The notes below the pieces were generated by a model. It was not told the DNA's origin and made no database searches. It saw nothing but the letters and a program-made list of their open reading frames with translations. Both the position numbers and the translations under genes were made by a program. This document shows, piece after piece, positions 1 through 12,847 of a stretch of DNA of 64,000 nt. Within the stretch, counting starts at the first letter, position 1; each line of letters opens with the position of its first letter. This DNA is from Camelus ferus. Its lineage: Eukaryota. The stretch covers positions 7,814,001-7,878,000 of the forward strand of contig NC_045697.1 in the NCBI RefSeq assembly GCF_009834535.1. The letters run 5' to 3'.

Positions 1-735
1 AGTCATCATAAAATTTTTATGGCATGCAGTATTACAGTCACATTTATAATACAATATTGGAAACATTGTTACATTTTTAAAAATCCACTTACCTGTAATG
101 TAGGCTGATACACAGTCTCTCCAGTTATGAGAGAGATGCATACTGTACAGTAATGTAATCCTTTGAAAGTAAAGTTACCAAACAGTAAGAAAACTAACAC
201 ATTGGCTTCATATTAAATATTACTCACCTTATGCCTATATGAGAATAGGCTATCCGCTTCAGTACAAGCCTTGCGCATGATGTCCTACACAATGAATGCT
301 TATGCAATGATTATTATGATGACACAAAAATAACTCATACTGTTTTGCAGCACAGTCATTAAATTTTTTCATGAAAACACACACACACACATACACAACA
401 GATAAGTTTATTTACTGTATAGCATAATGACTATTTACTATTCATTAAATGGAAGTGGATCATTATAAAGGTCTTCATCCGCATTGTCTTCACGTTGAGT
501 AGACAGGAAAAGAAGACAACGGTTTGGTCTTGCTTCCCTAGGAGCAGCAGAGGTGGAGCCATTTGCCTTAGTTTCAGTGCCTGTATCATTGAAGAGTTCG
601 TGTCGTAAAAGATGTCATATGTCATCTTGAATGTCATCAGAACCATAATGCCAGATTGTCTAATGTCAGTCTGCTTCCTGGCACTTCTTCTACGTCTTCT
701 TCCTCATCATCGGGCACTGGTCAGGAACACTCATC

Positions 736-1990
736 TCATAAAGTAGTCTTGGTGTTCCTCTCGTGTGGATCTGCTTCAAGATCCATGTCTTGAAAACTTT
801 CACTCCCAACCTTCTTTGCTGTATTTACAATCTCTGTCATGATTTTCTTGATTGGCTCTGTCACAAATTCTGTGAAGTTATGCACAATATCTGGACACAG
901 TTTTCTCCAGCAGGAATTTGTTTCCAGCTTAATGGCTTTCATGACTTTTTCTATAACAACAGAGATATCTTCAGTAATATATTCCTTCCAGACTTCCTTG
1001 ATAATTCTCTCCATCAGGGCTCTCTTCCATGGAGTTAATGATCCTTTCCACAGAATACTGTGTATAACAAAACTTCAAGGTTCTTATAACCCTTCGATCT
1101 GGAGGTTGATTGATACTGTATTTGGCAGCCAGTAGACCATATTAACACCTTCAGGGTTGAACATACGAGGTTCTGGGTGACCAGGGGCATTGTCCAATAT
1201 CAAAAGAACTTTAAAAGGGAGCCCCCTACTGGCAAGGTACTTTGTGACTTCAGGGGCAAACCATCAACGGAACTAAGGCAGAAAAAGTGTTTTCATTGCC
1301 CAGCCTCTACTGTTGGACAAATAAAAGACTGGCAAGTGGTGTTTATCTTTTCCCTTTAAGGCTGAGCGTTAGCAGGTTTATAGATAAGGGAAGTCCTGAT
1401 CAGAAACCCAACTTCATCTATGCAGGACAGCAGAGTTAGCCTGTCCTTGGCTGCCTTAAATCCTGGAGCTCACAAATGTCCTCTGTGGCATTTTTTTTTC
1501 CCCAGAATAGTGCGATTTCATCATCATTAAAAACTTGTTTAGGAAGATAGCCTTTCTCTTAAATGATTTTCTTATTTTTTCCTGTTTTTAAAAAATTTTT
1601 ATTGAAGTATAGTTGGTTTAAGATGCTGTGTTAATTCTGGTGTACAGCAGTGTTTTACTTTTCAATGATTTTCTTAATGGCATCTGGGAACTCAGCTGCT
1701 GCCTCTTGGGCGGCAAGAAGCTGCTTCTCCTGTTATTGTGACATTTCTTAAGCCAAACCTCCTTCTAAAATTATCAAACCATCCTTTTCTGGCATTCAGT
1801 TCCCTGACTTTAGATCCTATACTTTCCTTTTTCCTTAAGTTTTTTACAGAATGACTTTGCTTTTTCTCAAATCACATTAAAGTCTACCAGTTTGCCTTTC
1901 TTATAGCAATCCTGCCCCCACATAAAAGCTGCGTTTTCAGTAAGAGATGAAAAGGTATTTCACAAAAAGTGCAAGGTTTTCGCACCTGCT
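736..1990 (-). pseudogene. Tigger2 DDE transposase remnant (stops, frameshifts, L1 interruption)
   Basis: Minus-strand pieces AAEFPDAIKKII*EKGYLPKQVFNDDEIALFW (first catalytic-D region), PGFKAAKDRLTLL, and ORF 736-1014 (IKEVWKEY..CWRKLCPDIVHNF..MDLE) resemble TIGD1/Tigger transposases. Confidence 0.85.
1575..1663 (-). mobile_element. Short 5'-truncated L1 3' end inserted in Tigger2
   Basis: T-rich tail, TTTATTGAAGTATAGTTGG..TCTGGTGTACAGCA L1 terminus, flanked by 13-bp TSD AATGATTTTCTTA (1562-1574 and 1664-1676). Confidence 0.85.
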
Positions 1991-2796
1991 GCTGTAGCTG
2001 CAATGACAGCTTCACAGGTTTTCCTTTTCTTTCTTTTTTTTTTTACAATGGTCTTTACGCTAGATTCATTTATCTTCAAATGACAGGCAACAGCAGCTGC
2101 AGACCTCAATCTGCAGTACATATCAAGCAATTCAATTGTTTTCTTGTAATGTTATGACTTTTCTCTGCTTCTTGGGAGCACTTGCAACATCACTAGGGGC
2201 GCTTCATATGGGCCCATGGTGTTATTCGAAGTTTACCGCATATTGCCCTAAACACAAAAAATATTCAAAAACCATGAGAGATCACTTTTTTCTGTGATAC
2301 ACAATTTACTGGAGAGACAAACTGGTGATAGGGGTGATTAGCATCACACAGCGTTTTAAGTAGATACTTGCAACACCTAGCTGACCACAATAGCAACAGG
2401 AGGTGGCGATGAAATTATTGTGGTAGTATCATATATACTATGGTTAATTCTATGCAGTTATAATTTAATACTGCATCTTTGTATTTGTTTACATTTCTCT
2501 CAACTGCAAATGGTGCCAAGTAGGGTTTGAGTGTGTACATTTTGATAAAATTTAATTTTTTATGATAGATTTGTGTATGTTTTATGGCAGTAAATCATAA
2601 ATTACACTATTCTCTAACCGTATTTTATGCATTTATAACCTACTTAACTTTGTCTAATTTTGTAAATACTTCTAGGCTACTTGGTTCATCTGTGAGTTTT
2701 TTCAAACATAACAAATCTCCAAAAATATTTCCAATGTATTTATTGAAAAAAAAAATTGCATATAAGTGGACTTACACTGTTCAAAGGTCAACCGTA

Positions 2797-3797
2797 TCAT
2801 TCCCCATTTTTAGTAATATTTTTTTTCTTTAAGTATATTTTATCTGATGTTAGTATAGCCACTTCATTTTGTTTGCTTGATTTATCTTTTTCCACCTTTT
2901 TCTTTCAATCTATTTGTATCATGGAATGAAAAGTATAGCCCTTGTAGATAGCATAGTCATAAATATATACATAATATATAAATATATATATTTAATTCTT
3001 GTAATTTCTACTTTTTAACTGGGAATTGGAGTATTTGATTTCTTTTCATTTAATATAATACTTACATGTTAGGTTGTATGACATTTCTCTATTTGCTTCC
3101 TATGTGTTATGTGATTTTTGTTTCTTTACTCCAGTTTATTTCACCATTACCCTCTTCTCTTTATGTGAAATAAATATATTTATTTATTGGTTGCCCTAGG
3201 GATTACAATTTATTATCTTACTTTGTAAAACTCTATTTTGAATTAATACAAACTTAACTACAATAATATACAAAAATATATTCCCGTCTATCTCTCTATC
3301 TCTAGCCTTCCTTTTTTATACTATTATTGTCATACAGATTATGTCTTTTTGCACTGTGTGCCCATCAACACAGATTTATAACTCTTGCTTTATGTAGATG
3401 TATTTAAATTCAGATAGGGAAAAAGAAGAGATGTGGGAAAACATTTATACTAGTGTCCATATGTATATAACATACACATGTATATAATGTATAAAACATT
3501 AATGGAGTTTTTTATTTCTTCCCATGGGCTAAGCTACTCTCTAGTATTGTTTTATTTCAGCCGACAGGACTCACTTTAGTATTTTGTGTAGGGCAGTAGC
3601 CTACTAGCAAGAAATTCTTTCAGTTTTTGTTTATCTGGAATATCTTGATTTCCTTCTAATTTTTAAAGGATAGTTTTGTTACACTGGGAATTTTTGGTTG
3701 ACCCTTCCTTCCTTCCTTCCTTTCCTACCTTCCTTCCTTCCTTCCCTTACCTTCCTTCCTTCCTTTTTCTTTCTTTCTATCTTTCTTTCTATCTTTT

Positions 3798-3884
<87 letters not shown>

Positions 3885-5830
3885 CTTTCTTTCTCTTTCT
3901 TTCTTTCCTTCCTTCCTTCCTTCCTTCCTTCCTTCTTTCCTTCTTTCCTTCTTTCTTTTCTTTCTAGCAGTTTGAATATGTCATCTCATACCTTCTGGCC
4001 CCATGTCTTATGCTATAAAGTCAGCCTTAACCTTACTGAGGATTCCTTGTACATGATAAGCCTCTTCTCTTCTCTATCATTTGCCTATGTTTTTTGGCTG
4101 ATTATATGTGCCCAGGTGTGAATCTCTTTGAGTTTATCCAACTTTGGATTTGTTATACTTCATGGATGTGTAAACTAATGCTTTTCTTCATACTAGGATT
4201 TTGTTTTTTGACCAGGATTTTTTTCAAATATTCTTACTGCCCCTTTTATTATCTACTTTTTCTTTCTTTCTTCTTTTTTTTCTGGGACTCCCATTATGGT
4301 GAGAGTTCATATGCAAATGTATATTGGTATTCTTGACTATATCCCACAGGTCTCTGAGGCTCTGTTCATTTTTTCTTTATTTTTTTCTGTTGCTCAGACT
4401 AGATAATATCAATTAGCCTTTCTTCAGACATGCTTATTCTTCTCCTACTTGCTCAAATGTTGAACCTCTCCAGTGATTTTCTTTCTTTTCAGTTAATGCA
4501 CTTTTCAGCTGCAGAATTTCTATGAGGTTCTTTAAAAATATATATATCACTTTCTTGATTTTTTTTTCATTTGGTAAGACATTGTTTTTATACTTTTCTT
4601 TAGTTCTTCAGACAGTTTTCCTTAGGTGTTTAGCTATATTTAAAATATCTGAAAGTCTTTCTAGTAAGTCCAATATTAGAGCTTTCCCAAACAAGGTTTC
4701 TATCAACTGTCTTCCCCTTACATATAGGCCACACAGTCTTGTCTCTTTGTATATCACATAGTTTTTTGTTGAAAACTGGGCATTTTAAATAGCAAAATGT
4801 GGCAATATTGGAAATCAGATGTTCCACTATTTCTAGGATTTGTTGTTGTTGCTGTTTGTAGTTGTTTTTAGTTTGTTTAGTAACTTTTCTGAAATATTTA
4901 TATAAAGTATTCATTCTTTGTTGTTTGTGGGTACTGAAGTACCTTCCCATTTAGCTTAATGGTCACCTTATGAGATGAGAGATTTTCTCAAATGCCTGGA
5001 ACCAATACGTTTCCCAATATGTCACAAAGGGTCCAGTATGCATATTAGGGCATGCGTTTAATACTAAGTCATACATTTAATGATTCCACCTTAGCTTTAA
5101 CTTTCTTTTTGCACAGCCTCAAAAAGAAACAAAGTTGAGAACTGATGGTTTTCTTTGGTTTTTTATGAGCTTGCAGACAGCCCCATACTCATACTCCTAT
5201 ACACGTAGGTGCCTTTTTGGATTCTTTGGAATGTAACCGTTTTTCAAAGCCCTGTATAAACTTCTTATTTCCAAGATTTTTCCCCTTAAGTTTCTCAATT
5301 AGCTTATCAGTTCCAGTTGTTATCCATTGTCTCAGGCAGCTGTGATGTTCAACAATTGCCCCTGATTGTTTTAGACAAACACCACTTTGCAAAAATGTTG
5401 TTCGAACGGAGTAAACGCTCAGTAATGTCAAATAAAGGCAGTATTGCAAATGAGGTCTTCCAGGAAATTACCAGGTCTATCTAACAATGTCAATTCTATG
5501 GTAATGGGGCTTTGAAGGAGTTCCAACCAATTGTTCCCGCTTCTTTGGCTTCAGATTGGTGGTGTTTATAGTGATAATGGTCTCTCGATTTTCAAGGCTA
5601 TCCTGGAGCTATAAAGAAAGAAGAGGGGAAGGGAAAACTAAGGTAACACAAGCTCACTGTTTCCACTGAGATTTAGCTGTTTGTCTTGAATGCATAATTC
5701 CTGAATTACTGCAAGCATTTGATTAATTTCCAGTGTCCTGAAAAGCTGATTCTTACAATTTTATGCCAGTATTCTCACTCATTTTTATGGATAAGACAAT
5801 TTTTGGAGGTCCTTACACTACCATTTTTAG
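2797..5830 (-). mobile_element. Old L1 (L1M/L1MD-type) 5' portion: 5'UTR, ORF1 and start of ORF2, decayed
   Basis: T-rich antisense L1 motifs such as TTCTTTCAGTTTTTGTTTATCTGGAATATCTTGATTTC, GAATATGTCATCTCA..CTTCTGGCC, TCCCACAGGTCTCTGAGGCTCTGTTCATTTT; ends near TTTTGGAGGTCCTTACACTACCATTTT. Confidence 0.75.
3702..3965 (+). repeat. Compound polypyrimidine microsatellite (CCTT)n-(CTTT)n-(CCTT)n
   Basis: Directly visible ~264 bp almost purely C/T tract. Confidence 0.97.
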
Positions 5831-6139
5831 CAAACTTCTGTTCCACATAATTTTACCTCATACTTTTATATACATAAATTTCTAATGAACTTCTTAAAAA
5901 ATGTAAATTAAATACATATAACATATATATTTAACATAAAAAGGCAATTATTTCCATAACCTTGAAGATTTCTATATATGATGGCAAGACATTTGGCATA
6001 CAAATTTAGAAATATCTGACAGCTATTTTATTTTAAAAACTTCTTCATCTATCAAAGCTAATTTATCTCAACAGAAAGTAATGTAAACACAAAAAAATAG
6101 TAATGAGAGAACACGTTAATCTTTCAATGGTTGCTTTTG

Positions 6140-6812
6140 CCAATTCATCTGTTCGTTTATTCATCCCACCTGCATTAGCTGTGCTTGGCATTGGGAACAT
6201 AATCCCCAAAATGATGCTGACCCACGTGTATCTTATATTCTGTTGAAGACGACATGTGCATAAAGGTGTAACTGAGTGTTTTACTACAAATAAATAGGCA
6301 TATGCACAAATTGCTGTGAAAATGAAGGGAGTTTGACTAAATCTGTGTTTTTTGGAAAAGATGTTCCCTTGCTGATAATGGCATTTTAGGTGAAAGCATT
6401 AAGATTCAATAGGACTCTGCCAGGAGAATCTATGAGCTTATGAGGGGTCATCATCAAATATTTTACCATGAGCTAAGAAGAATTATTTAAATTATATTTT
6501 TGACAAATATTAGTTAATTCAGTCAAATCAAAGATCTGGCTTAAAGGTAATGAAAGACACAGAAATAGGGAGCTTACAAAGACTTTGTATGTATATTACC
6601 CATTTTTCTTTGCCCCCTCCTTCTCTTGGCAATAGCACTTCAAACATTACACGTTTCACATTACAGAACTAACAAACTCTTGCTTTATTGTGTATTATAT
6701 ATGTGTACATCTGTGTTCTCTATTATATTGTAACTCCAATCTCTATATCCCTACAAGATGAGCACTGTGCCACTCATGTAGTTAGTGCCCACCAAGCATT
6801 TGATGATAGAAA
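6140..6812. mobile_element. Two highly diverged L2 3'-end fragments (opposite orientations)
   Basis: TTCATCTGTTCGTTTATTCATCC..GTGCTTGGCATTGGGAA (antisense L2 tail) and ..GAGCACTGTGCC..GCATTTGATGA (sense L2 tail). Confidence 0.45.
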
Positions 6813-9800
6813 AGAGAACCATGGGGCAACTCTATAAAATCCCACAGCAGATTCTGGAGTGCATTATAAAATTATTGCACTTGGAATGGGTTTCTCATGC
6901 AACCCTCTCAGCAATCTCAATTCTAATCACAGTCAAGAATGTTCTGAAAATGATCCTCAGCAAAATTATCTTCAGGAGTGGCCAATCAAAGTAGCATCCA
7001 TCCTTGAAATAAGTCATTTATACATTTTTTTGGTCTAATCTTTCTTCACAATTTCCAATGTGCATGTTCCAGACATCTTAAATTGAAATCCTGAATGAAA
7101 AATTAATTTGATCTGAAAATGTAACCATCATTTCTTTTTATCTAAATATTTCCACATTCCTTCAAGCAATGTTGTTTTATTTAATGAATCATTGGTCATT
7201 TGTACTCAATAGCAAAATTTTGACAGTTAAGTGAAAAATTTGATGTCTCATAATTATTCATAATGGAAGTCACAATCTAGTTACCCAATAAATATTTGGT
7301 TTTACAGGTATAAAACTAAAATGATTTATTTTTAACACTCATAAGTTAGAGATTGTATATAAGAATTGGGTCTACTATCTCTCTAAAAGTTCAGGATATC
7401 TGTGCAGTAGCAGCAATCTCCTGGAGCCAACATTCATTTTCCCCCTTCCATGTCACAGTGTTCACTGCTCTCTTTTGTATTTCTAACCTTCAGTACTACG
7501 TCACTTGTAATTCATCATCATGCTATCTCTGTTTTTATAGAAGATTTAAGAGGAAAGTAAAAATTTTTTAACTTATATCCTTAACTAAAGAGAGAAAATT
7601 AAAGATAGAGGAAGAAAACCTTATGTTTTAAGAAAAATGTGGAAAAATGTATTTCTCCTTTGGAAATGAAATTAATTCCTACATACTTAATATGCAAACA
7701 AAATGTCTGTTTGTCAATGCATACAAATAGAAGTGTCACTTACTAAGCAAAACATATTAAGTACTATGACTGATACATGAAATGGTTGCATCAAAAACAA
7801 CTAAATAAATTAGAAAGACTAAAATTTTAGCTGATCTTATTTTTGAATGACAGTAAGGTAACCAAGGCTGCTGTGAAATGTGTTAAGTGAAAAAAATGAC
7901 TTGAGTTTTAAAATTATTTGCCGAAGGCAAACTTACAAAAGTTTCTTCAGAGTACAGCAGAAATTAAATATCCTAAACTGAAACAATCATCTGTAAATGT
8001 AAAAATGCATTCAGAAATGCAATTTTTCAGCATGTTGAAGAAATAGGGGAATATCCACAGAACACTAGCTATTTTTTACTGAGGAGAATTTATATGTGAC
8101 CAAGAGACTCATATATGGTGCCCATATAAGCCCATGTCTTTAAAATAGCTACTTCTTGGGTGCTGTGCTGAAAACTGGAAGACACAAGTCTGAATTGGTT
8201 TGGAATCTGATGGTTGATGGTATCTTTGTACTAAACAAATAGATCAAGTTTGAGAATTTTGAAAAGACCCCAAATTTGAATTCACCCATTGCATAGTTTA
8301 CCAATAATCCCCTGGGCTGAAGAGTTTCATATGGTCCCTTCCAGCCACACAGTGAATACTGTGAAATAGAAATGTTCCCATAGCTTTAGCAATAGATAGG
8401 TAAAGCTTTGCTTGATGAATTAGATATACATTTTATCTGTCATACACCTTATAGGTGGGCAACCAAGTAAGGGAAGGCACTGGGGCAATTTTTGATCTGT
8501 TCAAAGGTATTTACTTGGTCATATCAAGCCAAGAAAAATACTACCTTTAACTTATCAAGAAAAATCAAATCAACCGTTAGGGATTTTTTTGTTTGACATT
8601 GTAACCATACAAACTTTTTGAATATTGATTTTCAAGGAAACAGAAATAAATAAGAGCATTTTTTATTATTTTCTGGTGAAAGTGAGTTCTTCAGAAGTTC
8701 ACCACAGAAAGGGTAACCTGGAACACTTTCTTGTGCTTAAATCATTTCCAAAAGTCAAAGTCATAGCTTGAGTATACACTTAACATTGTGAAGTTGAACA
8801 TTACTTTCCAAAATTTCCAAATTTCAATGTTATGAAAATAAACTAATATTACCGTTTGTCTTTGCCAGGTAATGTTGATCAAAGAATGAGGAGTTCCAAA
8901 ATAAATTATTTAACTGCAGTGTAAGATGGTAAAAAATAATAAATGTGACCATATGAGGTACCATAAACCTTAACTATGCCTGAAATTGTTACCCTATGTA
9001 TTAAAGAAACCATTGATCAAATATCACTTTACATAGTCTCCATATATAGAAACACCTATATTATGTGTGAACAGAACTTTTCCATTACACAAACAGATAC
9101 ATGTCATTCCCAGTTAAATAATTCAGTGCTGAATTTTGTACTGAACATCCCAATAAAAAAATACAGGAACTGACATTTACATCTTGATGAAAAAGAAAAT
9201 ATGTCACACTCTTATGTCCAAATCAAAGGAGGAATAAACTATGAAAGAAAAAAATATGAAATATATATATATTTTTCAACTATTTTTTCCAGTATTGAAT
9301 TTTAAAAATAATCTAAAATGCTATACTCGTTTATATTATATTAACTACCTAAACCATGATTAGGTAAAGTAAGGAGAGTTCAGTTTTATTTTTGAGACAA
9401 TTTTACTGATCCCTGGCTAGTTGTTACATACGCAATCTTTTTTGTCACCAAAGTTGAGAATCATGATTTTTATATGCAATCTAAATGCTTTCAAACAATT
9501 ACCAGAATAGTAAACCTACAATGAAGACTTCTTAAATAAGTTCATAGAAAAACAAACTCTAGAAGATTTTGAAGATTTTTAAAAGAAGGACTTGTGATAA
9601 GATCGGGGTGCCTTCAGAAGGGACTCAATGACAGAAATCCTAAGAAGACATTGAAATTAGTCATTTGCTCAAGTACAAGATAAATTCCCCATTTTTAAAA
9701 TATTTTCAGGTACTTATTAACAGAATAATGATAAAAGTGTTAACCCTTGGGGTTACAATCATAATTAATCTCCCTGAGATTATTTAATTAAAATTAAGAT

Positions 9801-11704
9801 GAATTAAAGTCAATTAAATTAAAAAAAATCAATATGGAGAATTTCAAAATAACTAGGATGTCACTAAGGCATGAATGGTGAGGAGCTAAGTGTCAGAGCA
9901 GTGGAAGGAACCTGATGGGAGGCTCACAGGCTCCTGGGAAGAAAGGGGCACCCACAGGGTTGCCCATGACTGAAAAGTGATGTACGAATGAAACAAAGAA
10001 GACGGAAGACTTCATCACCTCTACTTTCCATTTTCTGGAAGAAACGACTTGTTCCCATCCACGTGCTGAGGCAGGAGGTACTCCAGGGTAAAGGCCAACA
10101 ATTTCAGACACTGTTGTTGAGAGTAAGTGGGATGGTATAAGCCTGGCAAATGACAGAGACTAGCGACAGCATCCCTGCCTTCTAAAACGCTTCCTATGCC
10201 AGAATCAGCATCCTCTTCGCCTTCAGCCCAAAATGAAAACTCCTGAGTTGTTATAAAACAAATGTGTTAATATTAAGTATTATCTCAGTAATCGAGTAAT
10301 ATTTGATATTGAATTATACTGCTTTAATGATAATAAAATGACTGGGAATAATTACATGGGCAATTATCTGTTAACATTTCAATTACAGCATTATGAGGTT
10401 TGCTTAATTGTCTTCACTGGGGGTACCAAAATTCAAACTTGCACATGGAAGCCCGCATTTAAAGTGAATCTACCACTGGCCATTTATCCTCAGGTCAGTG
10501 AGTACCAGTGAGAAGACTAAACATGTGGTGCCTCACGACAACAGCCCATTTTAAAGTAAACTGGACTTTAGAATCACCTTTATTATAGACGCTTGGAAGG
10601 ATGCAGATAAGGCCTCTTAAGCATCCTCAGCGGGAACTGTCAGAGCTCCTGGATGCATAGAACTGAAAAGAAATGAGCCACGTGGGCATTTGAGCATCTT
10701 TTTTTTTTTAATTATTTTGACTTTTACAGTGCAATTTTGGTAAACATGATGTAAACTGCCTTCTGAAAACCACCTATTTTTCCCCTTAACCCACTACTTA
10801 AGGCTACCTTCGAGAAAACCTACCCTTAGCTCTCTCACACCATGTGGAGAGGTTGTGAACTTGTGGGTCATTCTCGAAACACTCTTGGAACTAGAAGGTC
10901 ACTGGTATACCCAGAACTTAGCAAATGACGCTAACCTTTCAATCCAGATAGAATCGCTCTTAGATGGGGGATCTGGAATCTCTCCTCTCTTGTCTCTTGT
11001 ACTAATGTCTTCCCCTAATATTCTTCACTCCTTGTATCTGCTCTATTGTGGTGAGACAGACTCTCCCCTGTAGTTTCTACACTTTAATGTGAAAGACTCT
11101 AGATTCAACCATGTCTTCAGTAGAACATCAACAAGAGAGAATCTTTGTTTATGTTAATACTATTTTAATATATATGCATATATTCTTTATATATATTTGT
11201 ATTTTATTTTATATATATATGTATATATAGATTTCTTCCAGTGTCTGCCCCATAATTCTCTTCCACCAAAACAAGACCTCTGGAGATACGGAGATTAGTA
11301 AAAGGTAAACTGATGCTGCATTTGCCAAAATCACACTCACACATTTTCTATATTCTACCACAAACTTTCGTCTCCAAAATATTCAGATGATAAAATTTGT
11401 TTCATGATGTTTATCGGGACCCTATCAGCATTTAAATAACCTGATTCAGTATATGAGAGTAGGTTTTTCTGGGTTTATGCAAGGACAGATTTAAAATTAT
11501 GAAAAGGAAATGTAGGAAGCAAGAAAGGTGCTTTCCATTTATTGAACACTACTTTGTACCAGTTTCTAGATAGGAATTATAAAATTTCTTTAATTTAAAT
11601 TAAAATTTTCTACTAAACATTAAGAGAAATGGAAGAATGATCTCCTATATTTGAGTAACATATGAGAAATCACACAACACAAAAGTGTGAAAAAGAGGAA
11701 GAGG

Positions 11705-11928
11705 GTCCAGAACCTGACAGCCAAGGCAAAAGGCCAACTCCTGTACCTACAAGCTGTGTCAACGTAAGTCAGATATTTAACTTCTCTGTGCATCAATTTT
11801 GTTCAGAAAATGAGAATAATAATATCTGAATCCTGAGGTTATTTTAAGAAACAAATATGAGCCAATATATGTAAAGGTTTTCAACCAATGGCTGGCCCAT
11901 TGTAGACTTTTTATATAGATGTTAATTA
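11705..11928 (+). mobile_element. MIR SINE
   Basis: Core-like AGCTGTGTC..TTTAACTTCTCTGTGCATCAATTTTG..AAAATGAGAATAATAATATCT..ATATGTAAAGG. Confidence 0.7.
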
Positions 11929-12705
11929 AATAAGTTAAATTAATAATTTCGACACCTACTAGTTTCCCTGCTGGACACAAAGTATACAACAATACGTGAA
12001 CACATTGAGAGGTCTCTGAGTCTTGCCTTTTCTTTTTGTTTTGGTTTCATTTGGATTTTGGTTTACTAGGTTTTCTTTTGTTCATTTTGTTTTTGTTGAA
12101 TTCTTAGCACATGGGAAAATTGAAACCTAATATAAATGAAACCCATCAAAGCCAAGTTTTCTAATGCTTTGATGGCTTCAAACTAAGACCCTGGTGAAGA
12201 GGTAGAAGATGACAGTAACTTTTGTATATCACAGCTACCTTTTACTCTTGGAAATATGTAATTATTTGTATTTCCAATGGGAAAAATTCTTGAAAATGTT
12301 TCAAAATATAATCACGGGTGAGGTTCCCTCTTCATTTTACAGAGATTTCATCTTAAATGTTAGAAGTCTATACAATATTTATAAATTATGACTGTTTTTT
12401 CTTTTATATTTTCCCTCATTGTGTATGTTTACTTCTTTAATTGTTTAAAGTGTGTTCTTCATTTGAAAAGTCACAGCCAAGATGGCCGCATGGGTTTGCT
12501 GTTTGTGTCTTTAAATTTCCTAACTGCCAGTATTCTTATGTCTAATTTGACTATGATTTTCAACTTTCTGGGACTCTGAATAAGTTCTTGAGATTCCTGA
12601 GGTGTCAGATGCATTTGTGAAAGTTCCAACAGAGCTACTAGATTCAACCAAGCTGAACTTTCCAGCAAACCTAATGTTTATACTTAACGAAGAAATAGAA
12701 TTGCA

Positions 12706-12706
12706 A

Positions 12707-12738
<32 letters not shown>

Positions 12739-12847
12739 TAATGAAAATGAATATATGTATATTCATGTATGACTGAAAAATTGTGCTGTAGACCAGAAAT
12801 TGACAGAATATTGTAAACTGACTATACCTCAAAAAAATAATAAAAAA
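12706..12847 (+). mobile_element. Young 5'-truncated L1 3' end (camelid-type) with 5' (AAT)n tract
   Basis: GAATATATGTATATTCATGTATGACTGAAAAATTGTGCTGTAGACCAGAAATTGAC..GTAAACTGACTATACCTC plus A-tail; 16-bp TSD AAGAAATAGAATTGCA at 12690-12705 and 12848-12863. Confidence 0.92.

Larger units (their letters stand above)
1..2794 (-). mobile_element. Tigger2 (TcMar-Tigger) DNA transposon, decayed; probably continues off the left window edge
   Basis: Right end TATAAGTGGAC..TGTTCAAAGGTCAACCG followed by TA (2795-2796) is the reverse complement of the Tigger2/MER8 terminus CAGTTGACCCTTGAACA..GTCCACTTATA. The minus strand translates to pogo/Tigger transposase pieces. Confidence 0.88.

Noticed and set aside
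3676..3975. 99-aa and 89-aa F/L/S/P-rich ORFs
   Set aside because: Translations of the (CCTT)/(CTTT) microsatellite.
4630..4950. 106-aa ORF with a poly-Q run
   Set aside because: Lies in the decayed L1 5' region; the Q run comes from a short (TTG)n repeat.
9893..10111. 72-aa minus-strand ORF in a GC-richer patch
   Set aside because: No recognisable homology, non-ATG start and no supporting exon structure.
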